64,000 nt of DNA from an uncultured Acidobacteriota bacterium (lineage in GTDB: Bacteria > Acidobacteriota > Thermoanaerobaculia > UBA5066 > DATFVB01), in assembly GCA_963813155.1 (NCBI GenBank), contig CAWEYG010000003.1, positions 672,001 to 736,000 on the forward strand, written 5' to 3'. The notes below the pieces were generated by a model. It was not told where the DNA came from and ran no database searches. It was given only the letters and a program-made list of their open reading frames with translations. Shown here in pieces: positions 16,861-26,176 of this stretch (the first letter of the stretch is position 1; the number at the start of each line of letters is the position of its first letter). The translations under genes and the position numbers were made by a program.

Positions 16861-19800
16861 GTGACGGACCTACGCCGGCGGCTCTTCCCCATCCTCCTTC
16901 TGCTCTCCCTGACCGCGATGGCGGGGCCCGAGGCCGGCCTCCGCGTCGTGCGATCCGGCCCCGAGGGCGAGCTCGACGGCATCGCGCAGGCGAAGGAAAT
17001 CCGGATCGTCTTTTCCGAGCCGATGGTCGCGCTCGGCAAGATCCCGACGCCCGTCGCGGCCCCGTTCTTCCAGATCGAGCCGCCCGTTCCCGGCGCGTTC
17101 CGCTGGTCCGGCACGACGACGCTGATCTTCACGCCCGCGGCGAAGCTCCCGTTCGCGACGAAGTACTCCGTGACGGTGGCGGCGTCGGCGGCGGCCGTTT
17201 CCGGGCATCGCCTGAAGAGCGCGCACGCGTTCTCGTTCACGACGCCGACCGTCCGCCTGCGGCAGACGCGGTGGTGGCGCAAGAGCGGAAAGGTCGATTC
17301 GCCGATCCTCGTCGCGCTCCGCTTCAACCAGCCGGTCGCGCCGGAGAAGATCCGCGACGCGATTTCGCTCAAGTATTCGCCGCACGAGTGGCAGGCCCCT
17401 TCGGCGCCGAGCGATCCGGATCCGGCATTCAACGCGAAGCTCGACCGCGCTGTGAAGGCGTCCCAGCTGGCGGACGCCGTTCCGTACATCGTCGTCGCGA
17501 AATGGAACCCGAAGCTCATCAAGCCGGGCAGCGACCTCATCGTCCTCGAGACCCGCGACGTTCCGCCCACGAACGCGTGGATCTCCGTCGACCTCGACGA
17601 AAAGGCCCCCGCCGTCCAGGGCCCCGAGGTCCCCGGAACGCCGCAACAGTTCACGATGAAGATGGAGCCGCCGTTTTTCGTCACCGGGCTGAAGTGTGCC
17701 GACGGGTGCGACCCGGACAACTACAACCCGCTCCTTTTCACCGCCTCCGCAACCGAGAAGACCGTTCGCGACGTCCTGCAGTTTTCCGAAATCGCGGCCG
17801 GCGCGGCCCGCCGGCTGCAGCCGAAACCCGCGAAAGAGCGGGAAGCCGGAATCGACGAAGTCGACGAGGGCGGCGAGGAAGTCGAGCCCTCGACGCCGCT
17901 CCATTCCGACGAGGCTCCGGGCAGCTATGAATCCAGCTTCACTCTCGAAGAGCTCGGCTACGAGGCCGCGCCCGCGCGCAGCTATAAGCTCCGGGTGCCT
18001 TCGACGCTCCGCTCCGAAGACGGCGAGCTCCTCGGCTACGACTGGACGGGCCAGCTCGAGAACCTCCACCAGGCGGCTTTTCTGAGTTTTGGCAGCGGGC
18101 ACGGAGTCTGGGAGGCGTCGGGCGGCAGCGAGCTGCCCTTCTCGGCGCGCAACCTGCAGGACTTGCGCGAATGGGTTTCTCCCCTGACGGTGGACGCCCT
18201 GTTTCCGACGATCCAGCACCTCGAGGAGAAGGACTTCGGCGAGCTCCCGCCCGGCGAGGGAAAAGCGCGGAACCTCTCCCCCGTCGCCGACAAGATCCAG
18301 GCTTATGGGTTGAACCTCAAGAGCGCGCTCTCGGCCCGCGGCACGGGCGTCGCCTGGGCCGGGCTCTCGTTCGGGCGCCCGATCCCCCGGTCGCTGCTTC
18401 CCTCCGGCACCGCGACCTCGCAATCGACGATCGTGCAGGTCACGAATCTCGGCATCACCGTGAAGGACAGCCCGCAGAACACGCTCGTCTTCGTCACGAC
18501 GCTCGACCACGCGGTCCCGGTCGCGGGAGCTCGCGTCGCCATTCGGAGCCTGGACAACAAGGTCTTCTGGAGCGGCGAGACTGGAAAGGACGGGCTCGTG
18601 CTTGCGCCGCACACGGCCCTGCGCGACCCGAAGGACTGGTGGAAGCTCGCGTTCCTCGTCACCGCGGAAAAGGACGGCGACGTCGCTTACGTCGCGAGCA
18701 ACTGGAACGAGGGGATCTCCTCGTGGGTGTTCGGCATCAACTACGACCTGGAAGAAGCGCTTCCGATCCTTCGCGGCGCCGTCTTCACGGACCGCGGCGT
18801 TTACAAGCCGGGAGAGCAGGTCCACTTCAAGGCGATCTTCCGGAGCGACACGGCGGACGGGATGAAGATGCTGCCGCCGGCTTCGAAGATCTCCCTGAAG
18901 GTCACCGACAGCCAGGGCAAGGAGATTGACAAGAGGTCGGTCGCGGCCGGCAAGTGGAGCGCTTCGGACGGCGTTTTCACCGTTCCGGAAGACGGGCCCC
19001 TCGGCAGCTACCGGGTCGCCGCGAGCTCTGAAGAGACTCATCGGGAGGTGAGCGGGCAGTTCCTCGTCGCGGCATACCGGCGCCCGGATTTCCGCGTCGC
19101 CGTGAAGCTCGGCGAAGGGACGCTGATCGCCGGAAAGTCGATCGCCGGAGAAAGGCTCGCCGGCGTCGTCTCGGGCCGATACCTCTTCGGCGCCGTCATG
19201 AAAGACCGCGCGGTGCGCTGGACGTATTCCGCCCAGCCCGTGCTCGACGTGCCCGACGCCGTTCGCAACTTCGACCGCGAGAACGAATACGAGTTCCTCG
19301 ACTGGGAATCGGCCCGCAAGTGGACGCGAACAGAGCCGCTCCAGGAAAAGCGCGGGAAGCTGGGACCGGAGGGAGACCTCGCCCTTTCGCTCGAGACGAA
19401 AAAGACCGCGGGCATTCCGCTGCGCTACACGCTGGAGGGAGAAGTCACCGACGTGTCGCGGCAGACGATCGCGGGGCGCGCGTCGTCGCTCGTGAATCCG
19501 GCGCCGTGGTACATCGCCGTGAAAAAGCTCCCCTACTTCGTCGATGCGCGCGCGGGCGCCGACACGGCGATCGCGGCCGTCGGCCTCGACGGGAAGACCG
19601 CCGCGGGGGTGCCCGTCCGCGTGAAGCTCGAGCAGGTGCAGTGGCACAGCGTGCGCCGCGCCGAAGGAAACGGCTTCTACAGCTGGGACTCGAAAGAGAC
19701 GCGCGTGCCGGCCGGCAAGTGGACGGTCCCGACGGGGGAGCGCCCCGCTCCCCTGCACGTCCCCGTCCCGGGCGGCGGGTTTTACATCCTCGAGGCGCGC

Positions 19801-22686
19801 GCCCAGGACGGGGAAGGGCGCTTCACGACGACGACGAGCTCCTTCTACGCGACGGGAGAAGGCTACGCGGCGTGGCAGCGCTACGACGGCGCGCAGATCG
19901 ACCTCGTCCCCGAGAAGAAGAGCTACCGCCCGGGCGAGACCGCCCGCCTCCTGATCAAGTCGCCGTGGGAAAAGGCGACGCTCCTCCTGACGACCGAGCG
20001 CGAGGGCGTCCGCCGCTACCGCGAGCTCGACCTGACGTCCACGCAGCAGACGGTCGAGGTTCCCGTGACGGAGGACGACATCCCGAACGTCTACGTGTCC
20101 GTGGTCCTCGTCAAAGGACGAAGCGAATCGTTCTCGGCGACCGACGCGAGCGATCCCGGCAAGCCTTCGTTCCGCGTCGGGTACGCGGCGCTCCAGGTTG
20201 AGGACGCGCGCAAGCGCCTTTCGCTGGCCGTGGAAACGGACAAGCCGGAATACCGCCCGTCCGCCCGCGCGACGATCCGGATCCTCGTGAAAGACGCGGA
20301 CGCGAAGCCGGTGCGGGCGGAAGCGACGCTGTGGGCGGTCGATGCGGGCGTGCTCGACCTGACCGCGTACAAGACCCCCGACATCCTCGGTTCCATCTAC
20401 GTGAACAAGGCGCTCGGCGTCTCGAACGAGGACTCGCGGCAGCGGATCGTCAGCCGCCGCGTCCTCACGCCGAAAGGCGCCGACTCCGCCGGAGGCGGCG
20501 GGCGGTCCGAGGGACCGGGCAGCCCCGTGCGCAAGGACTTCCGGCCGCTCGCCGTCTGGCTCGGGTCGGTGGAAACGGACGCGCAGGGGAAGGCGTCCGC
20601 GTCGGTGCAGCTGCCCGATTCCCTCACCGCGTACCGCGTGATGGCGGTCGCGGCCGACGGAGCTTCGCGCTTCGGCAAGGGCGACCTCGAAATCCGCACG
20701 AGCAAACCGGTCCTCCTGAAGCCGGCGTTTCCCCGCTTCCTCGCGGTCGGCGATCGGGCGCAGTTCGGCTCGGTCGTCTTCAGCCAGCTGAAAGCCGCGG
20801 GAAAGGCTTCGGTCACGATGACGAGCCTCGACCCCGGCGTGCTCGAAATCGAGGAGGCTTCGCCGAAAACCGTCGACATCGGCGCCGGCGGCTCCGCGGA
20901 AGTCCGGTTTCGCGTCCGCGCGAAAGCGGTCGGAAGAGCCCGGCTGCGAACTTCGGTCGAGCTGTTGTCGGAGAGCGACGTTTTCGAGGACACGCTCCCG
21001 GTCGAGGTCCTCGTCTCTCCGGAAGTCGTCTCCGCCTACGGGCAGGTCGACGACAAGAAGGCGACCGAGAAGATCGAGATTCCGGACCGCCTCGTCGCCG
21101 GGTACGGCGGCCTGCGGTTCGAGCTCTCGTCGACCGCCCTGTCCGGCCTCGGGGAGGGAGCGGACTACCTCGTCGAATATCCCTACGGCTGCGCCGAGCA
21201 GCGCGCGTCCCGCGGCCTCGCGATCATGCTCGCCGCGGACCTCGGCGGGGCGTTCCACCTGCCGGCCATCTCCCCCGCGGACCTCCGAAAAACCGCGCAG
21301 GAAAACCTGAAGGAGCTCGAGTCGTTCCAGTGCGACGACGGCGGGTTCGGCTACTGGAAGGGCTCCTGCCCTTCGTCTCCGTACCTCACAAGCTACGTCA
21401 CGCACGTCTTCCAGCGCGGCGCGAAGCTCGGCTACGAGATCCCCGGCGACGTGCTCGACCGGGCCTACAAGTATCTCGACGGACAGCTCGGCCAGGCTCC
21501 CCCGCAGAACGAAGGGTGGCGCCCGTCGTACGCGGCGTGGCAGGCGTTCGGGGCGAAGGTCCTTGCCGAGGGAGGCCGACGCGAGGACAGCAACATCACG
21601 CGCCTGTTCGGCGAAGCCGACCGGATGCCCGTGTTCGGGCTGACGTACCTCCTCGACGCAATGGTTGCCTCCGGGGAAAACGGCGCGCGCCCGGCGGAGC
21701 TCGTACGGCGGATCGACAACGCGATCCTCCCGGAGGGGGGAACGGCGCACGTGGAAGAGCTCTCCGACCCTTACCTGCTGTGGTTCTGGAGCTCGAACGT
21801 CCGTTCGACGGCGCTTGCACTGGGCTCCCTGGTCCGGCGCAAGCGCGACGACGCGACGATCCCGGCGATGGTCCGATGGCTGCTGAAAGCCCGCGAAAAG
21901 GGGCGCTGGGGAAACACGCAGGAAAACGCGCAGGCGATGGAGGCGCTCGTCGACTATTACCGCGCTCTCGAGAAGGAGGTCCCCGATTTCTCCGCGGTCG
22001 TCGCGCTGTCGGGACAGACCCTCGCGAAACGGTCTTTCACCGGCCGGAGCGCCGACGCCTCGGAGACGAACGTCCCGATGAAGGACATCCTCGCGCGGGG
22101 CAAGCCGGGCGAGCCGCTCGACCTCGAGTTCTCGAAGTCGGGACCGGGCAAGCTCTTCTACTCGGCCTCGCTGCGCTACGCGAGCGACGAGCCGAAGCTC
22201 GAGGCGATGGAAAAGGGAATCGCCGTCGAGCGCTCGTACGCGCCGACCGACGAGAAGGGCCGCGACGGCGCGCCGGCATTGTCGTTCAAGGCGGGAGAGC
22301 TCGTCCGCGTCACGCTGAAGCTCCGGCTGACAAAGGAACGCCGCTTCGTCGCCGTCACGGACCCGCTTCCGGCAGGATTCGAACCCGTCGAGTCCTGGTT
22401 CGCGACGACGGCCGCCGACCTCTCGCGCCAGCAGGTCCGCGAGGAGAGCGGCGGCGAGGACTGGACGTCCTGGTGGCGCCGCGGCGGATTCGACCACGTG
22501 GAGCGGCACGACGACCGCGTCCTGCTGTTCGCGACCCGGCTCGCCGAGGGCGAGCACAAGTTCTCGTACGTCGCGCGCGCGACGACGTCGGGCACGTTCG
22601 CGACGGCGCCGGCGCGGGCCGAGGAAATGTACGAGCCGGAGGTCTTCGGCCGCACGTCTTCCGCGGTCGTCGCGGTCGAGCCGTGA
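16861..22686 (+). CDS. Bacterial alpha-2-macroglobulin family protein
   Basis: 1941 aa; FTDRGVYKPGE, YRRPDF, YRPGETA, RKDF, PRFL..GD MG-domain motifs; thioester motif YPYGCAEQ; EEMYEPE at the C-terminus. GGAGG SD. Confidence 0.95.
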   Translation: MTDLRRRLFPILLLLSLTAMAGPEAGLRVVRSGPEGELDGIAQAKEIRIVFSEPMVALGKIPTPVAAPFFQIEPPVPGAFRWSGTTTLIFTPAAKLPFATKYSVTVAASAAAVSGHRLKSAHAFSFTTPTVRLRQTRWWRKSGKVDSPILVALRFNQPVAPEKIRDAISLKYSPHEWQAPSAPSDPDPAFNAKLDRAVKASQLADAVPYIVVAKWNPKLIKPGSDLIVLETRDVPPTNAWISVDLDEKAPAVQGPEVPGTPQQFTMKMEPPFFVTGLKCADGCDPDNYNPLLFTASATEKTVRDVLQFSEIAAGAARRLQPKPAKEREAGIDEVDEGGEEVEPSTPLHSDEAPGSYESSFTLEELGYEAAPARSYKLRVPSTLRSEDGELLGYDWTGQLENLHQAAFLSFGSGHGVWEASGGSELPFSARNLQDLREWVSPLTVDALFPTIQHLEEKDFGELPPGEGKARNLSPVADKIQAYGLNLKSALSARGTGVAWAGLSFGRPIPRSLLPSGTATSQSTIVQVTNLGITVKDSPQNTLVFVTTLDHAVPVAGARVAIRSLDNKVFWSGETGKDGLVLAPHTALRDPKDWWKLAFLVTAEKDGDVAYVASNWNEGISSWVFGINYDLEEALPILRGAVFTDRGVYKPGEQVHFKAIFRSDTADGMKMLPPASKISLKVTDSQGKEIDKRSVAAGKWSASDGVFTVPEDGPLGSYRVAASSEETHREVSGQFLVAAYRRPDFRVAVKLGEGTLIAGKSIAGERLAGVVSGRYLFGAVMKDRAVRWTYSAQPVLDVPDAVRNFDRENEYEFLDWESARKWTRTEPLQEKRGKLGPEGDLALSLETKKTAGIPLRYTLEGEVTDVSRQTIAGRASSLVNPAPWYIAVKKLPYFVDARAGADTAIAAVGLDGKTAAGVPVRVKLEQVQWHSVRRAEGNGFYSWDSKETRVPAGKWTVPTGERPAPLHVPVPGGGFYILEARAQDGEGRFTTTTSSFYATGEGYAAWQRYDGAQIDLVPEKKSYRPGETARLLIKSPWEKATLLLTTEREGVRRYRELDLTSTQQTVEVPVTEDDIPNVYVSVVLVKGRSESFSATDASDPGKPSFRVGYAALQVEDARKRLSLAVETDKPEYRPSARATIRILVKDADAKPVRAEATLWAVDAGVLDLTAYKTPDILGSIYVNKALGVSNEDSRQRIVSRRVLTPKGADSAGGGGRSEGPGSPVRKDFRPLAVWLGSVETDAQGKASASVQLPDSLTAYRVMAVAADGASRFGKGDLEIRTSKPVLLKPAFPRFLAVGDRAQFGSVVFSQLKAAGKASVTMTSLDPGVLEIEEASPKTVDIGAGGSAEVRFRVRAKAVGRARLRTSVELLSESDVFEDTLPVEVLVSPEVVSAYGQVDDKKATEKIEIPDRLVAGYGGLRFELSSTALSGLGEGADYLVEYPYGCAEQRASRGLAIMLAADLGGAFHLPAISPADLRKTAQENLKELESFQCDDGGFGYWKGSCPSSPYLTSYVTHVFQRGAKLGYEIPGDVLDRAYKYLDGQLGQAPPQNEGWRPSYAAWQAFGAKVLAEGGRREDSNITRLFGEADRMPVFGLTYLLDAMVASGENGARPAELVRRIDNAILPEGGTAHVEELSDPYLLWFWSSNVRSTALALGSLVRRKRDDATIPAMVRWLLKAREKGRWGNTQENAQAMEALVDYYRALEKEVPDFSAVVALSGQTLAKRSFTGRSADASETNVPMKDILARGKPGEPLDLEFSKSGPGKLFYSASLRYASDEPKLEAMEKGIAVERSYAPTDEKGRDGAPALSFKAGELVRVTLKLRLTKERRFVAVTDPLPAGFEPVESWFATTAADLSRQQVREESGGEDWTSWWRRGGFDHVERHDDRVLLFATRLAEGEHKFSYVARATTSGTFATAPARAEEMYEPEVFGRTSSAVVAVEP

Positions 22687-25004
22687 GGAGAAAGCTCGCC
22701 GCGGCGGCGATCGCCGCCGCCGCGGTCCTTGTCTGGATTCGCTGCGGACCTCTTCCGCCGGGGTTCCTCGATCTCCGCGGCCGGATCTCGACGACCGTCA
22801 CCGATCGGAACGGAGAGGTCCTGTACGAGCGCCTGTCGGCCGCGGGAGACCGCGCGAGCTGGATTCCGGCCGGCCGTCTCCCCGACGCTCTCGCTGCCGC
22901 CACGCTCGCCGCCGAGGACCGGCGCTTCTTCTTTCACCCGGGCGTCGATCTTCCCGCGATCGCGCGCGCGTCGTGGCATGACGCGCGGCGCGGACGCCTG
23001 GCCGAGGGGGGATCGACGATCACCCAGCAGGTCGTCAAGCAGCTGTTGTCTCAAACCCGGGGAAGGATCGGGGGGCGGTCGATCGGCGGGAAGGCGCGCG
23101 AGGCGCTCCTTGCGCTGCGGCTCGAGCACCGCCTGCCGAAAGCCGAGATCCTCGCTCTCTACCTGAACCTCGCGCCGTACGGCCACCAGTACACCGGCGC
23201 GGGCGCCGCGAGCCGCGCGTATTTCGGCTGTCCCCCGGAAAATCTCACGGCCGCGCAGGCCGCATTCCTCGCCGGGCTCCCGCAGCGCCCCACCGGTTTC
23301 GACCCGTACCGCAGTTTCGACGCCGCGCGGCGCCGCCAGCGATGGGTCCTCGCCCGGATGCGCGCGGCGGGCGAGCTCTCCGAAGACGAGTACCGGCAGG
23401 CCCTCGCGGAACGTCTCGCCCTCCGCCGCGAGCCGAAGGCGTTCCTCGCGCCGCACTTCGTCGCTGAGGTGCTCGGGCGCTTCCCGGTCGCGGGCCCGGC
23501 GCCCTCGACGATCACGACGACGCTCGACGCCGGCCTCCAGGCGGAAGTCGCGGGGATCCTCTTCGCTCAGCGGGCAGGCCTGCGGTCCCATCAGGCTCGA
23601 AACGCGGCCGTCGCGGTGCTCGACAACGCGCGGGGAGAGTGGCTCGCGTGGGAGGGCTCCGGCGACGACTTCGACGACGAGAACGGCGCCCGGATCGACG
23701 GCGTGACGGCACCGCGCCAGCCCGGATCCGCGCTGAAGCCGTTCACCTACGCGCTCGCGTTCGACGAGGGGTTCACCCCGGCGAGCATCCTCCCCGACGT
23801 GCCGGCGGCGTTTCCGACGGCGCAATCGGGCGTGATCTACGCGCCGCGAAACTACGACGGCCGCTTCCGCGGCCCGCTGCGCGCGCGCGAGGCCCTCGGC
23901 AACTCGGAGAACGTTCCGGCGGTCTGGCTCCTGTCGCAGGCGGGCGTCCCGCGGCTCCTCGCGCTGCTGCGAGGGGCCGGGTTCTCGACGCTGGACAGGA
24001 ACTCTTCCTACTACGGGTACGCGCTGACGATGGGCGACGCCGAAGTCGAGCTGGCGGAGCTCGTCGCGGCGTATTCCGCGTTCGCGCGCGGCGGGATCTT
24101 CCGCTCCCCGGCGGCCGTGCTTCGCCTCGCGGACTCGAACGGCCGCGCGATTCCGGTCGAGGCGGCGGCCGAGCGCCGGATCTTCTCACGGCGAGCGGCG
24201 TTCTGGATCACGAGCATCCTGTCGGATCCCGAGGCGCGGGCGGCCACGTTCGGCCGGGGCGGCGTTCTCGACTTTCCGTTCCCCGCCGCCGTGAAGACGG
24301 GCACGTCGCAGGCCTACCGCGACAACTGGACGATCGGCTACACGAAGAACGTCACCGTCGGCGTGTGGGTGGGAAACTTCGACCGAACTCCTCTTGCCGA
24401 CTCGTCGGGCGTCACCGGGGCCGGCCCGATCCTGCACGACGTGCTGCTCGCCGCGGAAAAGCGCGCGAGCGGCTGCTCCTCCTGCTCCACCGGCGAGCCC
24501 GTCTCTCCCCCGCCGGGCGACCTGTCCGCCGTGGAGATCTGCGCGCTCTCCGGCCTGCGCGCGGGGCGGGCGTGCCCGCGCTCGATCCGCGAATGGCTTC
24601 CGGCCGGCCGCCTCCCCGACGCGTGCGACTGGCACCGGGGCGGCTCCGCGGTCGCGTGGCCCGCCGAATTCCGCGCGTGGGCCCTCGACAACGGGCTCGC
24701 CTCGCGGCGGGAGCCTTCGCGCGAAGCGTCGAACGCGTCCCGAAGGCCTCTTTCGATCCTCGACCCGCCGGACGGCACGACCTACCTGATCGACCCGACG
24801 CTGCGGAGGGAGTTTCAGACCCTCACCTTGCGCGCCGCGGCGCGCGGAGGGGAACGCGACGTCGAGTGGAGCATCGACGGCGACGTGCTGGGATCGATCT
24901 CATCGGAGGCGTCGCTCTCCTGGCCGATCCGGGCGGGAGAGCACACGGTCGCGGCGCGCGACGGAGACGGCCACCGCGACACGGCGAAGATCATCGTGCG
25001 GTAG
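22683..25004 (+). CDS. pbpC: Penicillin-binding protein 1C
   Basis: Transglycosylase AEDRRF, GGSTITQQ, YLNLAPYG; transpeptidase SALK, SEN, KTGTS; C-terminal BiPBP domain. Coupled to A2M (GTGA overlap), the established gene pair. Confidence 0.93.
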   Translation: MRRKLAAAAIAAAAVLVWIRCGPLPPGFLDLRGRISTTVTDRNGEVLYERLSAAGDRASWIPAGRLPDALAAATLAAEDRRFFFHPGVDLPAIARASWHDARRGRLAEGGSTITQQVVKQLLSQTRGRIGGRSIGGKAREALLALRLEHRLPKAEILALYLNLAPYGHQYTGAGAASRAYFGCPPENLTAAQAAFLAGLPQRPTGFDPYRSFDAARRRQRWVLARMRAAGELSEDEYRQALAERLALRREPKAFLAPHFVAEVLGRFPVAGPAPSTITTTLDAGLQAEVAGILFAQRAGLRSHQARNAAVAVLDNARGEWLAWEGSGDDFDDENGARIDGVTAPRQPGSALKPFTYALAFDEGFTPASILPDVPAAFPTAQSGVIYAPRNYDGRFRGPLRAREALGNSENVPAVWLLSQAGVPRLLALLRGAGFSTLDRNSSYYGYALTMGDAEVELAELVAAYSAFARGGIFRSPAAVLRLADSNGRAIPVEAAAERRIFSRRAAFWITSILSDPEARAATFGRGGVLDFPFPAAVKTGTSQAYRDNWTIGYTKNVTVGVWVGNFDRTPLADSSGVTGAGPILHDVLLAAEKRASGCSSCSTGEPVSPPPGDLSAVEICALSGLRAGRACPRSIREWLPAGRLPDACDWHRGGSAVAWPAEFRAWALDNGLASRREPSREASNASRRPLSILDPPDGTTYLIDPTLRREFQTLTLRAAARGGERDVEWSIDGDVLGSISSEASLSWPIRAGEHTVAARDGDGHRDTAKIIVR

Positions 25005-25021
25005 ACCAGCAGCCGCCGCCA

Positions 25022-25146
25022 CGAGCGGGCGGGTGGCCCGGGACGAGACCCCCTTTCGCCGCTCGCGGCGCGAAGTCGTCGCAAAGGCCTTAGAACGCAG
25101 CGAGCGGGAAAGCGGGGCGAGTCCCGTGACAGGACCCGCCCGCTCG
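25022..25146. repeat. About 125-bp imperfect palindrome between convergent genes
   Basis: CGAGCGGGCGGGT (25022-34) pairs with ACCCGCCCGCTCG (25134-46); inner arms CGGGAC/GTCCCG and CCGCTCGC/GCGAGCGG. Confidence 0.7.
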
Positions 25147-25154
25147 GGATCCGG

Positions 25155-25475
25155 TTACAGAAGCGCGTCGATCTTCGACGCGACGATGAAGTCGTTTTCC
25201 GAGAGCCCTCCCGCGTCGTGCGTCCAGAGCGTCAACTCCACCTCGTTGTAGTGGACGCAAAAATCCGGATGATGCGCTTCCCGCTCCGCCAGCTCCGCGA
25301 CCCGGTTCAGGAAGCTCATCGCCGAGACGAAATCGGCGAACTTGAGATTCTTCCGGATTTTGCTTTCCCGAAGGCTCCAGCCGACGACTTCGTGGAGCAG
25401 CTCGCTGATCTTCTGGTCTGAGAGCCGGACAGCCCCGGCTTTCCCCGAAACACATTTCTTGTCACGAAGAGCCAT
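25155..25475 (-). CDS. phhB: Pterin-4-alpha-carbinolamine dehydratase
   Basis: F.DF..A..F.N.VA.LAE.E.HHPD...LWTHDAGGLSENDF..A.KID. ATG 25475 with GGAGG SD. Confidence 0.92.
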   Translation of the reverse strand: MALRDKKCVSGKAGAVRLSDQKISELLHEVVGWSLRESKIRKNLKFADFVSAMSFLNRVAELAEREAHHPDFCVHYNEVELTLWTHDAGGLSENDFIVASKIDALL

Positions 25476-25568
25476 GGACGACCTCCGGGGGCCCTGCCCA
25501 AACGACATTAAAGATTGATTGTAGGCCTTGCGTCGCATCCGCGAATTACGGATAGAATAAATAACGGA

Positions 25569-25582
25569 ACTGACTGGTCAGT
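25569..25582 (+). promoter_or_regulatory. Putative TetR operator downstream of a TAGAAT -10 box (25553-25558)
   Basis: ACTGAC-TG-GTCAGT palindrome between the -10 box and the tetR SD. Confidence 0.7.
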
Positions 25583-25594
25583 ACTGGAGGCGGT

Positions 25595-26176
25595 TTGCCC
25601 AGAGTCAAAACCGAATCGAAACAGGAAGAGATCCTCGCCGCGGCGTCGAAGATCTTCGCGGCGAGGCAATACCACGAAGTCCTTTGCGACGAGATCGCTC
25701 ACGAAGCGGGGGTCGGCAAGGGAACGATCTACCGCTATTTCCGGACGAAAGAAGACCTCTACTTCTCCACGATCCTCCACGGCTATGAGGCCGTGAACGA
25801 ATCCCTCGCCTCCGCCATCTCGGCGGAGACGAGCCCCGAGAAGCGTCTCGAGCGCATCGCGCTGGAGCTCCTGAGGTACTTCTGGGAGCGCCGCTATTTC
25901 TACGCGCTCCTCTACCGGAACGAGCAGCGGTTCCTCGCGCAGGAAGGGCGCCTCAAGAAAAACCGGGAGCACCTCGTCCAGCTCGTCGAGCAGACGATCC
26001 AGCAGGGGATCGAGACCGGCGCCTTCCGCGTCGTCGACCCGAAAACGGCCGCGGAGCTCTTCCTCGGAATGATCCGCGCGATCAACGTGTTTCGCCGGGA
26101 ATCCGACCGGCTCGACGACCTCGTCGCGGAATTGATCGGACTCTGGACCCGGGGAATCGAAAAGGAGAGAGCATGA
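25595..26176 (+). CDS. TetR/AcrR family transcriptional regulator
   Basis: ILAAA..IF...IAHEAGVGKGTIYRYFRTKEDL HTH; TTG start after GGAGG. Confidence 0.93.
   Translation: MPRVKTESKQEEILAAASKIFAARQYHEVLCDEIAHEAGVGKGTIYRYFRTKEDLYFSTILHGYEAVNESLASAISAETSPEKRLERIALELLRYFWERRYFYALLYRNEQRFLAQEGRLKKNREHLVQLVEQTIQQGIETGAFRVVDPKTAAELFLGMIRAINVFRRESDRLDDLVAELIGLWTRGIEKERA

Noticed and set aside
16870-22557. Very long antisense or alternate-frame ORFs (e.g. 16870..22557 -, 55051..59451 -, 43483..46704 -, 29361..32180 -)
   Set aside because: These are shadow ORFs of real genes in GC-rich DNA. They are Arg/Gly/Ala-rich with no recognisable motifs.
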